NCBI GenBank assembly: GCA_963777155.1
Contig: CAVZPM010000009.1
Coordinates: forward strand, 32,001-96,000
Reading direction: 5' to 3'
Source of the DNA: Candidatus Bathyarchaeota archaeon
Lineage (GTDB): Archaea > Thermoproteota > Bathyarchaeia > Bathyarchaeales > Bathycorpusculaceae
DNA length: 64,000 nucleotides
Shown: positions 49,919 to 59,651 of the stretch, one piece after another
Position numbering within the stretch: the first letter of the stretch is position 1
How the letters are laid out: each line of letters begins with the position of its first letter
The notes under the pieces: model-generated
What the model was told of the DNA's origin: nothing
Database searches by the model: none
Seen by the model: only the letters and a program-made list of their open reading frames with translations
Program-made: the position numbers and the translations under genes

Positions 49919-50683
49919 TTACGAGCGCCAGGCTGTCTTCATAGTATACGAAAGGTAGCTTTTCACTTCGGTCCATGAAAGCTTGGATTTTCCCCGTTTT
50001 CTGTTAACAAACAGAATAGGCGTTTCTTTCATGTTAAAATGTCTTAGCGATGCCTGTCTTATGGTCTCAATTTGGATTTCGTAGGTGTGGCTGTGCAGGT
50101 TGCTTATTGCTTCTTTAAGGAATTCTGTGGAGTAACAGCGAAATCCGCTTGTGCAATCCTTCAGTTTTAAACCAAGAGATGCTCTGGCGATGAAGTTGGC
50201 AGTTTTGCTAATTATTTTTCTCGAAAAGGGCCAACCAGTGATTTTGCCTCCCTTGACATATCTGCTGCCAATAACTATTGCGCAGTTGCATTCAGTCATT
50301 CTGGCTAGAAGCCGGGGTATATCTTGTGGATTATGGGAGTAATCGGCATCCATCGTAAAAACGTACCTAGGGGATTTTTCAGCTGACAGAAAGATTTTGA
50401 AGCCATCAGTTATAGCTGTGCCCAACCCTGTCTTTTTGGGTCGAACATGAAGCATGACGTTGGGGTATTGGTTCTGCTTTTGCTTTACAATATCGGCGGT
50501 TCCGTCGGGGCTGGAATCATCAATTACCAGAATCGACGCATTTATCTTTAAGTTTTCAATGTCGTCGATTAATTTCGCTATGTTTTCGGCCTCTCCATAA
50601 GTTGGAAGAATCACGCCGACCTGTGAGCTACTCATGGGGTTACCAATTAATGGATAAGACATAAAAAATTTTGCCATCCTCAC
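49919..50683 (-). CDS. Polyprenol-phosphate mannose synthase (GT2, DPM1-like), no TM anchor
   Basis: ILPTYGEAENI, IDDSSPDGT, MDADYSH, IGSRY, DCTSGFR, F.NR.RGKSKL. The start may be ATG 50635. Confidence 0.92.
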   Translation of the reverse strand: MRMAKFFMSYPLIGNPMSSSQVGVILPTYGEAENIAKLIDDIENLKINASILVIDDSSPDGTADIVKQKQNQYPNVMLHVRPKKTGLGTAITDGFKIFLSAEKSPRYVFTMDADYSHNPQDIPRLLARMTECNCAIVIGSRYVKGGKITGWPFSRKIISKTANFIARASLGLKLKDCTSGFRCYSTEFLKEAISNLHSHTYEIQIETIRQASLRHFNMKETPILFVNRKRGKSKLSWTEVKSYLSYTMKTAWRS

Positions 50684-50715
50684 AAGAGTCTAATGACCCA
50701 ATAAATCCTAGCAAG

Positions 50716-51741
50716 TCACTCCACCTTAGACATCGTCTTTTGTTTTCTTTTATAATACTGCAACGGGTGATAAATCCGGCGGCACAGTTCATCCCGGTTT
50801 CTACATACGCTATGTGTTTGCAAAACTGAGCATTGGGGGCATATGTACTTTGTTCCTGACCCGCGTTCACCTGCTATGTGCTCAATTTGGTAGCGGGTTA
50901 AACGTTCGTTGTAATCTGAGAAGGTTCTAAACATGTCGTTTAACCCCTCAGGAGTCATCCCAATGTTCACTAGAAACGATGTTAAGGTGAAACGTCCGAT
51001 GTGGGAGAGATGATGGGCTTGGGCGGCATCTGCATAGAGCGCATTTATACATGGTGGAAAAGCCGCTTGGACAACAACTTTGGGCATTTCCTCGATTTCT
51101 TGGCCCATTATTTCCTGCGCCAACTTCAATAACGCTTCAGCGATCAAAGTAATTTCTTTGGGAAGATTTCTTATTTCTGAAACATCAAGCCTTTTCTCTA
51201 CCCGATCCTTTACTTCCTCCTGAAGCAGACGAACAACCTTATCTTTATTTAGATAAACCATGCCCTTATCCATGATTTGGTTAACAAGCTTCCATTCAGA
51301 ACCATGCATGTGAGCAGCATTTTTCAAGTAAAAATTAAAACCTACACGAAAATCCTTGCCCACAATTCCCTCACAAATGTCCCAATCAAAGTCTCGGGCA
51401 ATAGCGGAAATTTTTCCTTTACTTTCACCAAGCAATTGTCCATGTGTTGTTTTTGCAACAGCTAAAGCATATCTTTTTTTTATCCATGAATTCTTAGTCG
51501 CTATAACCAAAATTAGTGCTGCCGCAAAAGAGGAAATTTCAGCCCTTCTATCCCTAACTGCTTCTCCAGTATTAACTTCCAAGATTGCTTTTTCTACGCG
51601 TTCTTGGGCACGGTTAAAAACTGGCTCTTCTGAAGACAAGGTCCCAATCGTAAATTGAAGTTCTTCTATCTGTTTGGATGCTTGTTTTAAAAAAGGGTAT
51701 TTGGCAAAATCTTCAGAAGATAATGCCGATTCCATCTGCAA
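50716..51741 (-). CDS. priL: DNA primase large subunit
   Basis: AKYPFL, WKLVNQ...G.VYL, FPPCI, HIGRF, YQIEHI, Y.CPQC...C...C...HPL.YY. Confidence 0.96.
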   Translation of the reverse strand: MQMESALSSEDFAKYPFLKQASKQIEELQFTIGTLSSEEPVFNRAQERVEKAILEVNTGEAVRDRRAEISSFAAALILVIATKNSWIKKRYALAVAKTTHGQLLGESKGKISAIARDFDWDICEGIVGKDFRVGFNFYLKNAAHMHGSEWKLVNQIMDKGMVYLNKDKVVRLLQEEVKDRVEKRLDVSEIRNLPKEITLIAEALLKLAQEIMGQEIEEMPKVVVQAAFPPCINALYADAAQAHHLSHIGRFTLTSFLVNIGMTPEGLNDMFRTFSDYNERLTRYQIEHIAGERGSGTKYICPQCSVLQTHSVCRNRDELCRRIYHPLQYYKRKQKTMSKVE

Positions 51742-51750
51742 TTGGCGTCA

Positions 51751-52506
51751 TTACTCGGTTTCGATTCTTGGCGCCAAGAAGAAAGTTAACTTTCCCTCTT
51801 TTGTCTGCTGGAAGTCTATTCTCACGGGCATGTCGGAGGAGAACTCGAGGGTTGCGATGTCTGAGGTTGCTGAAGCTGCTTTTATTATTTCGGAGAGGTA
51901 GCTTAAGCTGAATGTTGCCTTAGCTTTCTCTTTAACTTCCAAATCGAGCAGTGCGTCGTTGCCTTTCTGCAAAGTGATGGTTGCACCCATTAAGTCGCCT
52001 GAAGCGCTGAGCGTCAGTTTTTCTGGCTCCGCCTCAATCTTAACGTGGTCGCTTACGAGCTGAGCGTCTTCGATTGCTTGGCTTAACCCTTGGGTTGTGG
52101 TTTTAGCTTTAACGTTGAAGCTTATTTTTGGAGTGGGAACTTCTTCTTCGGAGGCTTCAAGTGTTGGCATCGTAAAGTTTCTGCTGTACTTGCCAGTTAT
52201 CGCTACTAGTAATCGTCCTGTTTTGTCGTCAAGGGCAAGTTCAACGGCTTCTTCTTTGCCTGCACGTTTGAGGAGTTTTAGAAGCTCGCTTATGTTGAGA
52301 CAGATTTTTGTTGGCTCGGTGCAGATGAATTCTTGGAAGATGGATTTTGGCCATTCAAAATCAATCATGGCGACGCGTGATGGGTCCATTGCGCGGAGTT
52401 TTAAGCCTTCAAGGTCGATTTTAAAAGTTGCTTCGTCAACTAGAATTGAGATGGCGGTTGCCATGTCTCTTAGGAGTTTTGCGTCAGACACTTTAAGCTT
52501 GAACAT
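51751..52506 (-). CDS. pcn: PCNA sliding clamp
   Basis: AMDPSRVAM, FSLSYL, DMP, FFLAPRIE. Confidence 0.98.
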   Translation of the reverse strand: MFKLKVSDAKLLRDMATAISILVDEATFKIDLEGLKLRAMDPSRVAMIDFEWPKSIFQEFICTEPTKICLNISELLKLLKRAGKEEAVELALDDKTGRLLVAITGKYSRNFTMPTLEASEEEVPTPKISFNVKAKTTTQGLSQAIEDAQLVSDHVKIEAEPEKLTLSASGDLMGATITLQKGNDALLDLEVKEKAKATFSLSYLSEIIKAASATSDIATLEFSSDMPVRIDFQQTKEGKLTFFLAPRIETE

Positions 52507-52627
52507 ATAACTCTTCCTCGTTCTAATGCATACAGGTCAGTTATATTAGTTTATCATTACACTCTTTGTTTATAAATTTGCCCTAATAAAACTTGCAAAC
52601 ATGTGCTTAAGCTGAAACAATTTTGCC

Positions 52628-52853
52628 TTACACTTCAGTTGGGTATCCGACATCGCGGGTAAATTCATAGTTTACGTAACCTTCTTGCTGGATTAAATGT
52701 TTACTACGGATCAGCTGCTGCGAATTCTTTCATGTTAACGAAACAACGGAGGCAATTTGGCAATACTTCGTACCCGCAATCGCAGGTCTTCTAGTTGCAA
52801 TAATCGTCATTGGCTTAGTATTAGCGCTATTGATAATGAAAAAACGAGCATAA
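52628..52853 (+). pseudogene. Frameshifted C-terminal remnant of a membrane-anchored surface protein
   Basis: Three frames join as LHFSWVSDIAGKFIVYVTF / AGLNVYYGSAAANSF / HVNETTEAIWQYFVPAIAGLLVAIIVIGLVLALLIMKKRA*. A T-rich terminator follows. Confidence 0.65.
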
Positions 52854-53177
52854 CTCAACCCCTATTTTCTTTTTTTGTTTATTATCAGTTTTCCAAAAAC
52901 TCAAGCAACAGACTCGAATGAAAAATATTTTTGTGTTTACGAAAACTCTTTGGGCTCCTTTAATTGTTTAAGCAGCTTTAGTAGTGTTTACTTGAGTCAA
53001 ACTAAGAAACAAGAAAGCGCTGTCTCTCAAACTGTTGGTTGATGTACTTAAGGAGGATTTGGTAATAACTTCTGTGGAAAAAACTTAGCCAACGCGTTAG
53101 AAGCTGCTGGTTTTTGCTTTAAAAGTCATAAAGTATAAGAATGCGTATGTTTCTTTTATGCAAAGCTGGTTGAAATC

Positions 53178-53453
53178 GTGAACGTTCCCAAAGAAGTAAA
53201 GACTTACTGTCCAAAATGTAAAGTTCATCAAATTCACAGTGTAACCCTCTACAAGGCAGGAAAACGTCGAGCATTGGCCAGAGGCGAAAGACACCACGAA
53301 CGCGAGAAGGAAGGTTACGGCGGACAGAAATATCCTCTGCAACATGAATTCGCTAAAACAACCAAAAAACAAACCTTGCGCCTAAAATGCAAAGTTTGCA
53401 ATTACATGCGTCACAAAGACGGCATCCGCCTAAGAAAATTAGCCATACAATAA
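53178..53453 (+). CDS. rpl44e: 50S ribosomal protein L44e
   Basis: TYCPKC..H..H, GYGGQ, AKTTKK...C..C. Confidence 0.97.
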   Translation: MNVPKEVKTYCPKCKVHQIHSVTLYKAGKRRALARGERHHEREKEGYGGQKYPLQHEFAKTTKKQTLRLKCKVCNYMRHKDGIRLRKLAIQ

Positions 53454-53475
53454 AATTAACGGAGTTTGAAAAAAT

Positions 53476-53673
53476 ATGTCTGACTGGAACAAACTTATTC
53501 CAAAACCAAGAAGCGTCTTCCTAAGGGTTAAATGCCAAAAATGCGGCAACGAACAACTCATCTTCAGCAACGCCGTCAATAAGATAGTCTGCAATGTATG
53601 CGGAGAAACCTTGGCTGAACCTTCGGGTGGAAGAGCAAAGATTAACGGTGACGTCCAAGCAGTTCTCGAGTAA
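53476..53673 (+). CDS. rps27e: 30S ribosomal protein S27e
   Basis: PRSVFLRVKCQKCGNEQLIFS...CNVCG..LAEPSGG. Confidence 0.97.
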   Translation: MSDWNKLIPKPRSVFLRVKCQKCGNEQLIFSNAVNKIVCNVCGETLAEPSGGRAKINGDVQAVLE

Positions 53674-53688
53674 GAGATGAATTCCCAA

Positions 53689-53745
53689 ATGGCTGAGCGT
53701 AAGCTAAAGCTGCGACGACTTGGCACTTTTAGAAGGGATAAATGA
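53689..53745 (+). pseudogene. eif2a: Probable internal-deletion remnant of aIF-2 alpha
   Basis: 18-codon ORF MAERKLKLRRLGTFRRDK* occupies exactly the aIF2-alpha slot between rps27e and nop10. Confidence 0.65.
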
Positions 53746-53916
53746 TTGGTTTGGCAACTGCGCAAATGCGTAAACTGCGAAAAATACACTTTGAATAAAA
53801 CTAGTTGCCCCTACTGTGGTGGAGCTGTGAGAATTCCACATCCGCCCAAATTTTCTCCAGACGACAAATACCTAAAGTACCGAATGGCTATGAAAAGGAG
53901 CGCTGAAACCCAATGA
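53746..53916 (+). CDS. nop10: H/ACA RNP protein Nop10
   Basis: TTG start: MVWQLRKCVNCEKYTLNKTSCPYCGGAVRIPHPPKFSPDDKYLKYR. Confidence 0.95.
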   Translation: MVWQLRKCVNCEKYTLNKTSCPYCGGAVRIPHPPKFSPDDKYLKYRMAMKRSAETQ

Positions 53917-54684
53917 AAGAAACCTACATCAAAGAATTTGTTGAAATCCAACCAAACAACCCCGTACTTATCGAAGGGTTACCCGGACTTAGGTCTTGTG
54001 GGAAAAATTGCTTTGCGATACCTAATCAAACAGCTAAAACCCAAAAAAATCGCTTATCTTTATTCACCGCACTTTCCATACTTCGTTTTGGTCAACAAGA
54101 AAGGAAACGTAAGACTTTTGCGAGGAGCATTCTACTACTATCAAAACCCCAAAGGAAACGACATAATTCTCTTCACAGGCGACAGCCAAAGTCAAACCAT
54201 AGAAGGACAATATGAAATTGCCGATCGCATGCTAGACTTCAGTGAAAAACACGGCGTTAAAACAATCGCTACCATCGGCGGCTACCGCATGGAATCCAAA
54301 GAAAAACCCAAAGTCTTCATAGCCGCCACCAGCCAAGACCTCTTACAGAAGGCAATCCAATCAGGCGCATCATTAAGTACATCAGGGAGTCCAATCGTGG
54401 GTACCGCAGGATTAATTCTTGGACTAGCTAAATTCAAGAAAATCGATGCTATTTGCCTGTTGGGTGAAACACGTGGTTATCTGCCTGATCCTTTGGCGGC
54501 TAAAAGCGTTTTGGAAGTGCTGAAGTCAACGTTTAACTTTGACTTGGACCTGGCTGGTTTGAACGAAGAGATAGCTAAAGCAGAAACGATGGTGACACGC
54601 CTACAGCAAATAGAGGAAAAACGAGCGGTGCAAGCTGAAGAAACCCGAAAGCAAGAAGACAAAAAAACAACCTACATTTCTTAA
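53913..54684 (+). pseudogene. PAC2 family proteasome-assembly chaperone with a +1 frameshift
   Basis: MKETYIKE...VLIEGLPGL in one frame continues as GLVGKIA...GDSQ...TIGGY...LLGET.GYLPDP.AA in another. There is one extra base in CCCGGACTTAGGT (~53988-53990). Confidence 0.85.
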
Positions 54685-54912
54685 ATAAAATCTTTCCTTA
54701 TCACTTCGACAGTTTTCGTTGCAGCTGTGCCATCCCCAATTGGAGACACAGAGGCATTTTTTTCTTTTCCTTGAGGGCTTGGTGCATGGCAGCTAAAATA
54801 TTGCTCTTTTCGGTTCCAACCAACTTGGGGCTCGGATAACAGGTGCCATCTTGATTATTTCAGGTCTGCTTCCTGTAACTACAACAACTGGTTTCAAACC
54901 CTGAATCAACGC

Positions 54913-56946
54913 CTAAGTCTTTTTTAGGCATCCTTCTCGAGGCTCATAAATCGTTCCTTCCCGCAGAAGCTGCCCGATCATGCGTTCAACTTCGCCTCTT
55001 GGAATCTTGTGTTTGGTTTCCAACTCGTTAACCAGGGCGTCTTTCTCCACGATACCCGTTACCTTCTCCATATCCATCAGTGTAGACAACACAATCGATA
55101 ATCTGTCGCGGATGCTCTTTGGTCGACCAGTCATGATTAGGTCAATGTCCACTTTGTAGCTGGACATGTCGATTCCAACTTCCTCCAATGACCGCTTCAT
55201 AATTGCAATGGCAGCGTCTGCATCTGCCGCCGTAACTTCCTTGCGCAACGCAACTCTTGCTCTAGCTTCTGCAACTCGAACCAAAGATTCCAGTTGACGC
55301 GCCGTAATTGCAACGGGTGAACCTTCGGTTTCGCTTGCGGAACGCATCGCTAAGTAAAAGTCGCTGAGGCGGTTTAATGCATCCATGCTAAGTTCTGGTT
55401 GGATGCTTTTGGCAAAACTGACATATTTGCGCAGAAGTTCAGCATCGACTTGTGCTTCAACGGGGCTTACTCCTCTTCTATGGATCTCCAGTATGTGCCG
55501 GGACATTTTGCTGTCGGATTCTTTGTTTGGTACGTCTCGGAGGACGAAGATTAGGTCGAAACGTGAGAGGATGGTTACTGGTAGGGATATGTTTTCTGCA
55601 ACGGTTCGGTTGGGTTCATACCTGCCCAACGATGGGTTCGCTGCGGCTAGGACCGCTGTTCTCGCGTTTAATGTGGCGACGATGCCTCCTTTTGCAACTG
55701 AAACAGTATGTTGCTCCATGGCTTCGTGTATGGCAACGCGGTCTTCGGGACGCATTTTATCCATTTCGTCGATGCATGCAATGCCCTTGTCTGCAAGCAC
55801 CAATGCACCTGCTTCAAGACTCATGCTTCCACCCTTCTCTCGAACAACTGCAGCGGTTAAACCTGCTGCTGTCGTGCCTCTGCCTGAAGTGTAGAGACCT
55901 CTTGGCGCTATTCTTGCAACATACTGCAATAGCTGTGATTTAGCGGTTCCTGGGTCACCAATGAGCAAAGCGTTCATCTCGCCTCTAACGTTCACGTCTG
56001 GTAGGCTTTTTGAAACACCACCAAAGAGCAAGTACATTATTGCTTCTTTGATATGCTCTAAACCAAAGATTGATGGCGCGATGGATGTCATGATTTTGCG
56101 ATGTACTTCCGGATCTTTGGATAATGCGACCATTTTCGCTTCTTCTTCAGGTGTGGGTGGCGAGGTTTCTGGTTCTTTACCTAAAACTTCTATGGAATTT
56201 GCGTCCAGTTGAAGAATGAAAGTGCGAAGCTTTCCCATGCCCATAAGTGAAGGTGCAAAAGCGCGTACTGTACCAACGATGGAAACATGATCTCCTGGCC
56301 TAGCTACATCGACTATTTCATCGCCTACAAGCTTCACCGCTAATACGCGCGGAAGCTGTCCGGGAGGTAAATCTTCAGGTTTTTCTTGCAACCTTAGGTC
56401 TTGTGAATCGATGAATGTAGATTCTTCTTGGCTGAACTCGAATGGTCCATCCCTACCACAGTCTGGAGCTACACAAACTGATGGCGCTTTCAAAAACTGC
56501 CCCGTTTGCTCGACTAGATTCATGGTGCCGCACCGTTTGCATTTGAAAGCTCCTAATTGAACCATCGGCCGCACAGGTGTTGCTCTCACAACGATACCTT
56601 CAATCATGACCAGTTTGCTCATTTGTCTTGAGCCAAGCTTCCGGAGCACCTCTTTACCCAGAAGCTTAACGATTCTTACAATGACCTTCTCTATTTTTTC
56701 CGCGTACTCCGCATCTTCGATACGAAGCTGTTCGTAAGCTCCTTTGCCTGCGTGTTGCAGATATTCTTCAGGTTTGTTGAGCAAAAGTTCCGAGAGAGCT
56801 TGATCGAACCCGTAGAGTTCCTCAAAATCAATTGTTAATGATCCTTTTCCTGTGATGGCTAACTGGGCAATTTTCTGGCGGTACTTTTCTTTCTTGAAGA
56901 ATTCTTGAAAACGCTGCTGAGGATCTATGGTTTCGAGTTTAGCCAT
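54913..56946 (-). CDS. mcm: MCM replicative helicase (no intein)
   Basis: Zn finger CKRC...CVAPDC, GDPGTAKSQ, IDEMDKM, EAMEQ, AAANP, ILSRFD, TARQLESL. Confidence 0.98.
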   Translation of the reverse strand: MAKLETIDPQQRFQEFFKKEKYRQKIAQLAITGKGSLTIDFEELYGFDQALSELLLNKPEEYLQHAGKGAYEQLRIEDAEYAEKIEKVIVRIVKLLGKEVLRKLGSRQMSKLVMIEGIVVRATPVRPMVQLGAFKCKRCGTMNLVEQTGQFLKAPSVCVAPDCGRDGPFEFSQEESTFIDSQDLRLQEKPEDLPPGQLPRVLAVKLVGDEIVDVARPGDHVSIVGTVRAFAPSLMGMGKLRTFILQLDANSIEVLGKEPETSPPTPEEEAKMVALSKDPEVHRKIMTSIAPSIFGLEHIKEAIMYLLFGGVSKSLPDVNVRGEMNALLIGDPGTAKSQLLQYVARIAPRGLYTSGRGTTAAGLTAAVVREKGGSMSLEAGALVLADKGIACIDEMDKMRPEDRVAIHEAMEQHTVSVAKGGIVATLNARTAVLAAANPSLGRYEPNRTVAENISLPVTILSRFDLIFVLRDVPNKESDSKMSRHILEIHRRGVSPVEAQVDAELLRKYVSFAKSIQPELSMDALNRLSDFYLAMRSASETEGSPVAITARQLESLVRVAEARARVALRKEVTAADADAAIAIMKRSLEEVGIDMSSYKVDIDLIMTGRPKSIRDRLSIVLSTLMDMEKVTGIVEKDALVNELETKHKIPRGEVERMIGQLLREGTIYEPREGCLKKT

Positions 56947-56948
56947 CT

Positions 56949-57521
56949 TTACTTTTCTCCAGCGTTTTCTAATATCGTGGTTTTCCATTCAGAGATGATT
57001 TTGACTAGTTGCTCGTAGACGAGGCGTTCTTCACTCGTGAATTTCTTTAGAACCTGGTCGCTCTGGGCTGGAGCGGCGGATATGGCAACTATTTTTTTTA
57101 ATCTTGAATTCACGATGTCGCGTGCTAACTGTTTTGCTCGGTCGTATTCTTGGTATTTCTCGGATTGTTTTTGCGATTGATCTCTTAAGTCAGCGATGAA
57201 CCTGCGTAGTTTAGGGTAGAAGTCTCCTGGCAGCTCTGAGATTTGCCCTGGAATTTGCACACCTTCCTTCCACTGTACCTTAAACAACTTCGTGGCATCA
57301 AGGGTTTCATCTTCCCGGAAATGTACAATTCCATTTACGGCGAGTTCTCTAGCTACCCAAAAATAAACTTCGTATTCGTTTCCTTCATCGAATGGACCAA
57401 CAGTGAGTCCTGCAAGCTTGATTTCTGGGCAGTTGCGGTTCGCTACGATTTTAACCATAGAGTTCTCGTAGCAGAAGTCCAATGTGCATATTTTCGACGC
57501 CACTCCCAGTTTCCCTCTCAA
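56949..57521 (-). CDS. gins23: GINS complex subunit GINS23
   Basis: B-domain first (GPF...YFWVARELA..G), then LPGDFY, RLKKI, TSEER. Directly upstream of mcm. Start uncertain. Confidence 0.85.
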   Translation of the reverse strand: MRGKLGVASKICTLDFCYENSMVKIVANRNCPEIKLAGLTVGPFDEGNEYEVYFWVARELAVNGIVHFREDETLDATKLFKVQWKEGVQIPGQISELPGDFYPKLRRFIADLRDQSQKQSEKYQEYDRAKQLARDIVNSRLKKIVAISAAPAQSDQVLKKFTSEERLVYEQLVKIISEWKTTILENAGEK

Positions 57522-58149
57522 TCTGTTTGCCTTTAACGGGATTCAACACATATGGCGAAAGGGGTTTTAAGGGTTTGCACTAGAGTTTTTTTACCGCTTA
57601 AGATTCAATATAAGGTGTTTTCGCTTGTAGTGGTTTTGTTTCTACTCGCAGAAGTTGATAAAGCCCTTCTTCTCGGCAGTTATCTTACAATAAACCCTAT
57701 TGTGGTGTGGCTGACCGTCTCGATTTGCCGATTTTTGTCAATATATTTTTTTAACAGTGTCTTTTCTCTCTTTGTGTGGGTGTGGGGCTATAAAATTGCA
57801 CACTACACTTGAGGCTTTGGAAAGGGGTACCTTTTTAGTTTGGGTTGTTTTCCTCTTTTGGTTTGAGTGTGGGGAGGGTGGATTGTTCCACTCAGTCATC
57901 ATGGGTTCCATGTTGAGTTGTGTGGATGTGAGTGTGGGAGTATGTTGGCGGTTCTATTCCTGTCTCGATGGACTTTTGTCGTGCAGTTCTGGTTTTTGAG
58001 TTTTTTAGAGATTGCTTTGGAATAATGGCCTGGTTGCTGATTTTATACTCTGAAGGATTCAAGCTTTTGATGCATTGCTGAAGAGTTTTAAAGTATGACT
58101 TGGGAGGTTTGCTGCAACCTGTACTCGACAATTAAAGAAATAAATCAGG

Positions 58150-59400
58150 TTATGGCCAAAGTCCCAGTGTTTTAATGGCGTTTGCTACTCTGCCAACTCC
58201 CAGCATCAGCGCACCTGTGCGCATATCACTATCTTCTTTTACAACAATCGCTTCTACATCATTGAATGCTTTAGTCATCTTCGCTTCAAGCTTAGTGTTG
58301 ACTGTTTCCAGCGGCCACTGCTCCCGAGTCAAATTCTGCACCCACTCAAAATAGCTCACGGTAACGCCGCCACTATTGGCAAGAATGTCTGGGATAAGGC
58401 AGATTTCTTTTTCGTAGAGGATTATGTCGGCTTCAGGCGTGGTCGGTCCGTTTGCGGCTTCTGCAACCACTTTTGCCTTGATTTTGTCAGCGTTTTTTTG
58501 GGTGATTTGGTTTTCTAAGGCTGCAGGAATAAGCACGTCGCATGGCAGTTCGAGGAGTTCTTGGTTAGTTATGTTCTTGCAACCCTTGTAGTTTTGCACT
58601 GTTTTGGTTTTTTCTTTGTGTGCCAAAACAGCCTCAGGGTTTAAGCCATCGGGGCAGTAGATCCCACCCGACGAGTCGCTAACAGCTATCACTTTGCATC
58701 CAATTTCCCTTGCCGCTGTTGCAGCGTGGTAACCGACGTTGCCAAAGCCCTGGATCACTACGGAGGCATTCTTTAGTTTTAAACAGTTGTTTTTGGATGC
58801 TTGCTTAACGCAATGGATGACACCTCGCCCTGTGGCTTCCGTTCTTCCCCATGAACCACCAATCTCGACCGGTTTGCCAGTGGCGCTTTCGGGTATTCTG
58901 TAGCCTTTGAGTTGGCTGTAGGTATCCATTATCCATGCCATGGTTTGGGCGTCAGTGTACATGTCGGGCGCTGGGATGTCCATGTGCGGACCAAGGTACT
59001 CTGAGATTAAGCTTACATACCGTCTTGTTAAGCGTTCCAGCTCGTGTTTGCTGAGTTTTTTACTGTCCACACAAACCCCGCCTTTTGCCCCGCCGAATGG
59101 AATATCCGCGATGGCGCACTTCCAAGTCATTAACATAGCTAACGCAGTAACTTCGTCAAGCGTGATGTTTGGATAGAAGCGGATTCCTCCCTTGAAGGGT
59201 CCACGTGCATCCCAATGCTGCACACGAATACCGTTGAAAACACCCACTGAGCCATTGTCCATCCGGATGTCTATGCTTACTGAGATGGAGCGTTTGGGAT
59301 AACTGAGCATTTTTTGCATTCCATGATCAAGCTCGAGCTTTTTGGATGCAAGTTTAAGTTGGGTTAGGGCAACGCTAAGTGCTGTATGTTCTTCCGCCAT
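58150..59400 (-). CDS. gdhA: Glutamate dehydrogenase
   Basis: RGPFKGGIR, MTWKCA, PFGGAKGG, DIPAPD, QGFGNVG, EAANGP, NSGGVTVSYFEWVQN. Confidence 0.96.
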   Translation of the reverse strand: MAEEHTALSVALTQLKLASKKLELDHGMQKMLSYPKRSISVSIDIRMDNGSVGVFNGIRVQHWDARGPFKGGIRFYPNITLDEVTALAMLMTWKCAIADIPFGGAKGGVCVDSKKLSKHELERLTRRYVSLISEYLGPHMDIPAPDMYTDAQTMAWIMDTYSQLKGYRIPESATGKPVEIGGSWGRTEATGRGVIHCVKQASKNNCLKLKNASVVIQGFGNVGYHAATAAREIGCKVIAVSDSSGGIYCPDGLNPEAVLAHKEKTKTVQNYKGCKNITNQELLELPCDVLIPAALENQITQKNADKIKAKVVAEAANGPTTPEADIILYEKEICLIPDILANSGGVTVSYFEWVQNLTREQWPLETVNTKLEAKMTKAFNDVEAIVVKEDSDMRTGALMLGVGRVANAIKTLGLWP

Positions 59401-59473
59401 AAAGTGACGCCTTGTACATTTTGTAAAGTTGGAATGGCTAGATAAGAATTGCCTTTGCCTGTTTTTGTATGGG

Positions 59474-59506
59474 TTTGGTTGATGCTTCCGTATACAAAAA
59501 CGTCTA
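59474..59506. repeat. Dispersed 33-bp element, copy 2
   Basis: TTTGGTTGATGCTTCCGTATACAAAAACGTCTA. Confidence 0.7.
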
Positions 59507-59651
59507 ATTCTCTTTTAACCTACCCTCACTACATTGAGAAACACTGCGATCGATAAACAGCCGTCAAATTGCATCAAACACTAACATTATTGGCTCAAAC
59601 AGAGCGTAATTAACAATTTAGTTAAAAAAACAACCAAATAAAAAAGAAGGT

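Noticed and set aside
57552-58131. ORFs 57552-57812, 57757-57999 and 57892-58131 in a GT-skewed gap
   Set aside because: They overlap each other, have biased composition and show no motifs. The gap may be decayed DNA but I could not identify it.
59401-59651. NrpR operator (GGAA-N6-TTCC) upstream of gdhA or the glutamate synthase-like gene
   Set aside because: No matching site was seen here or in 61263-61445.
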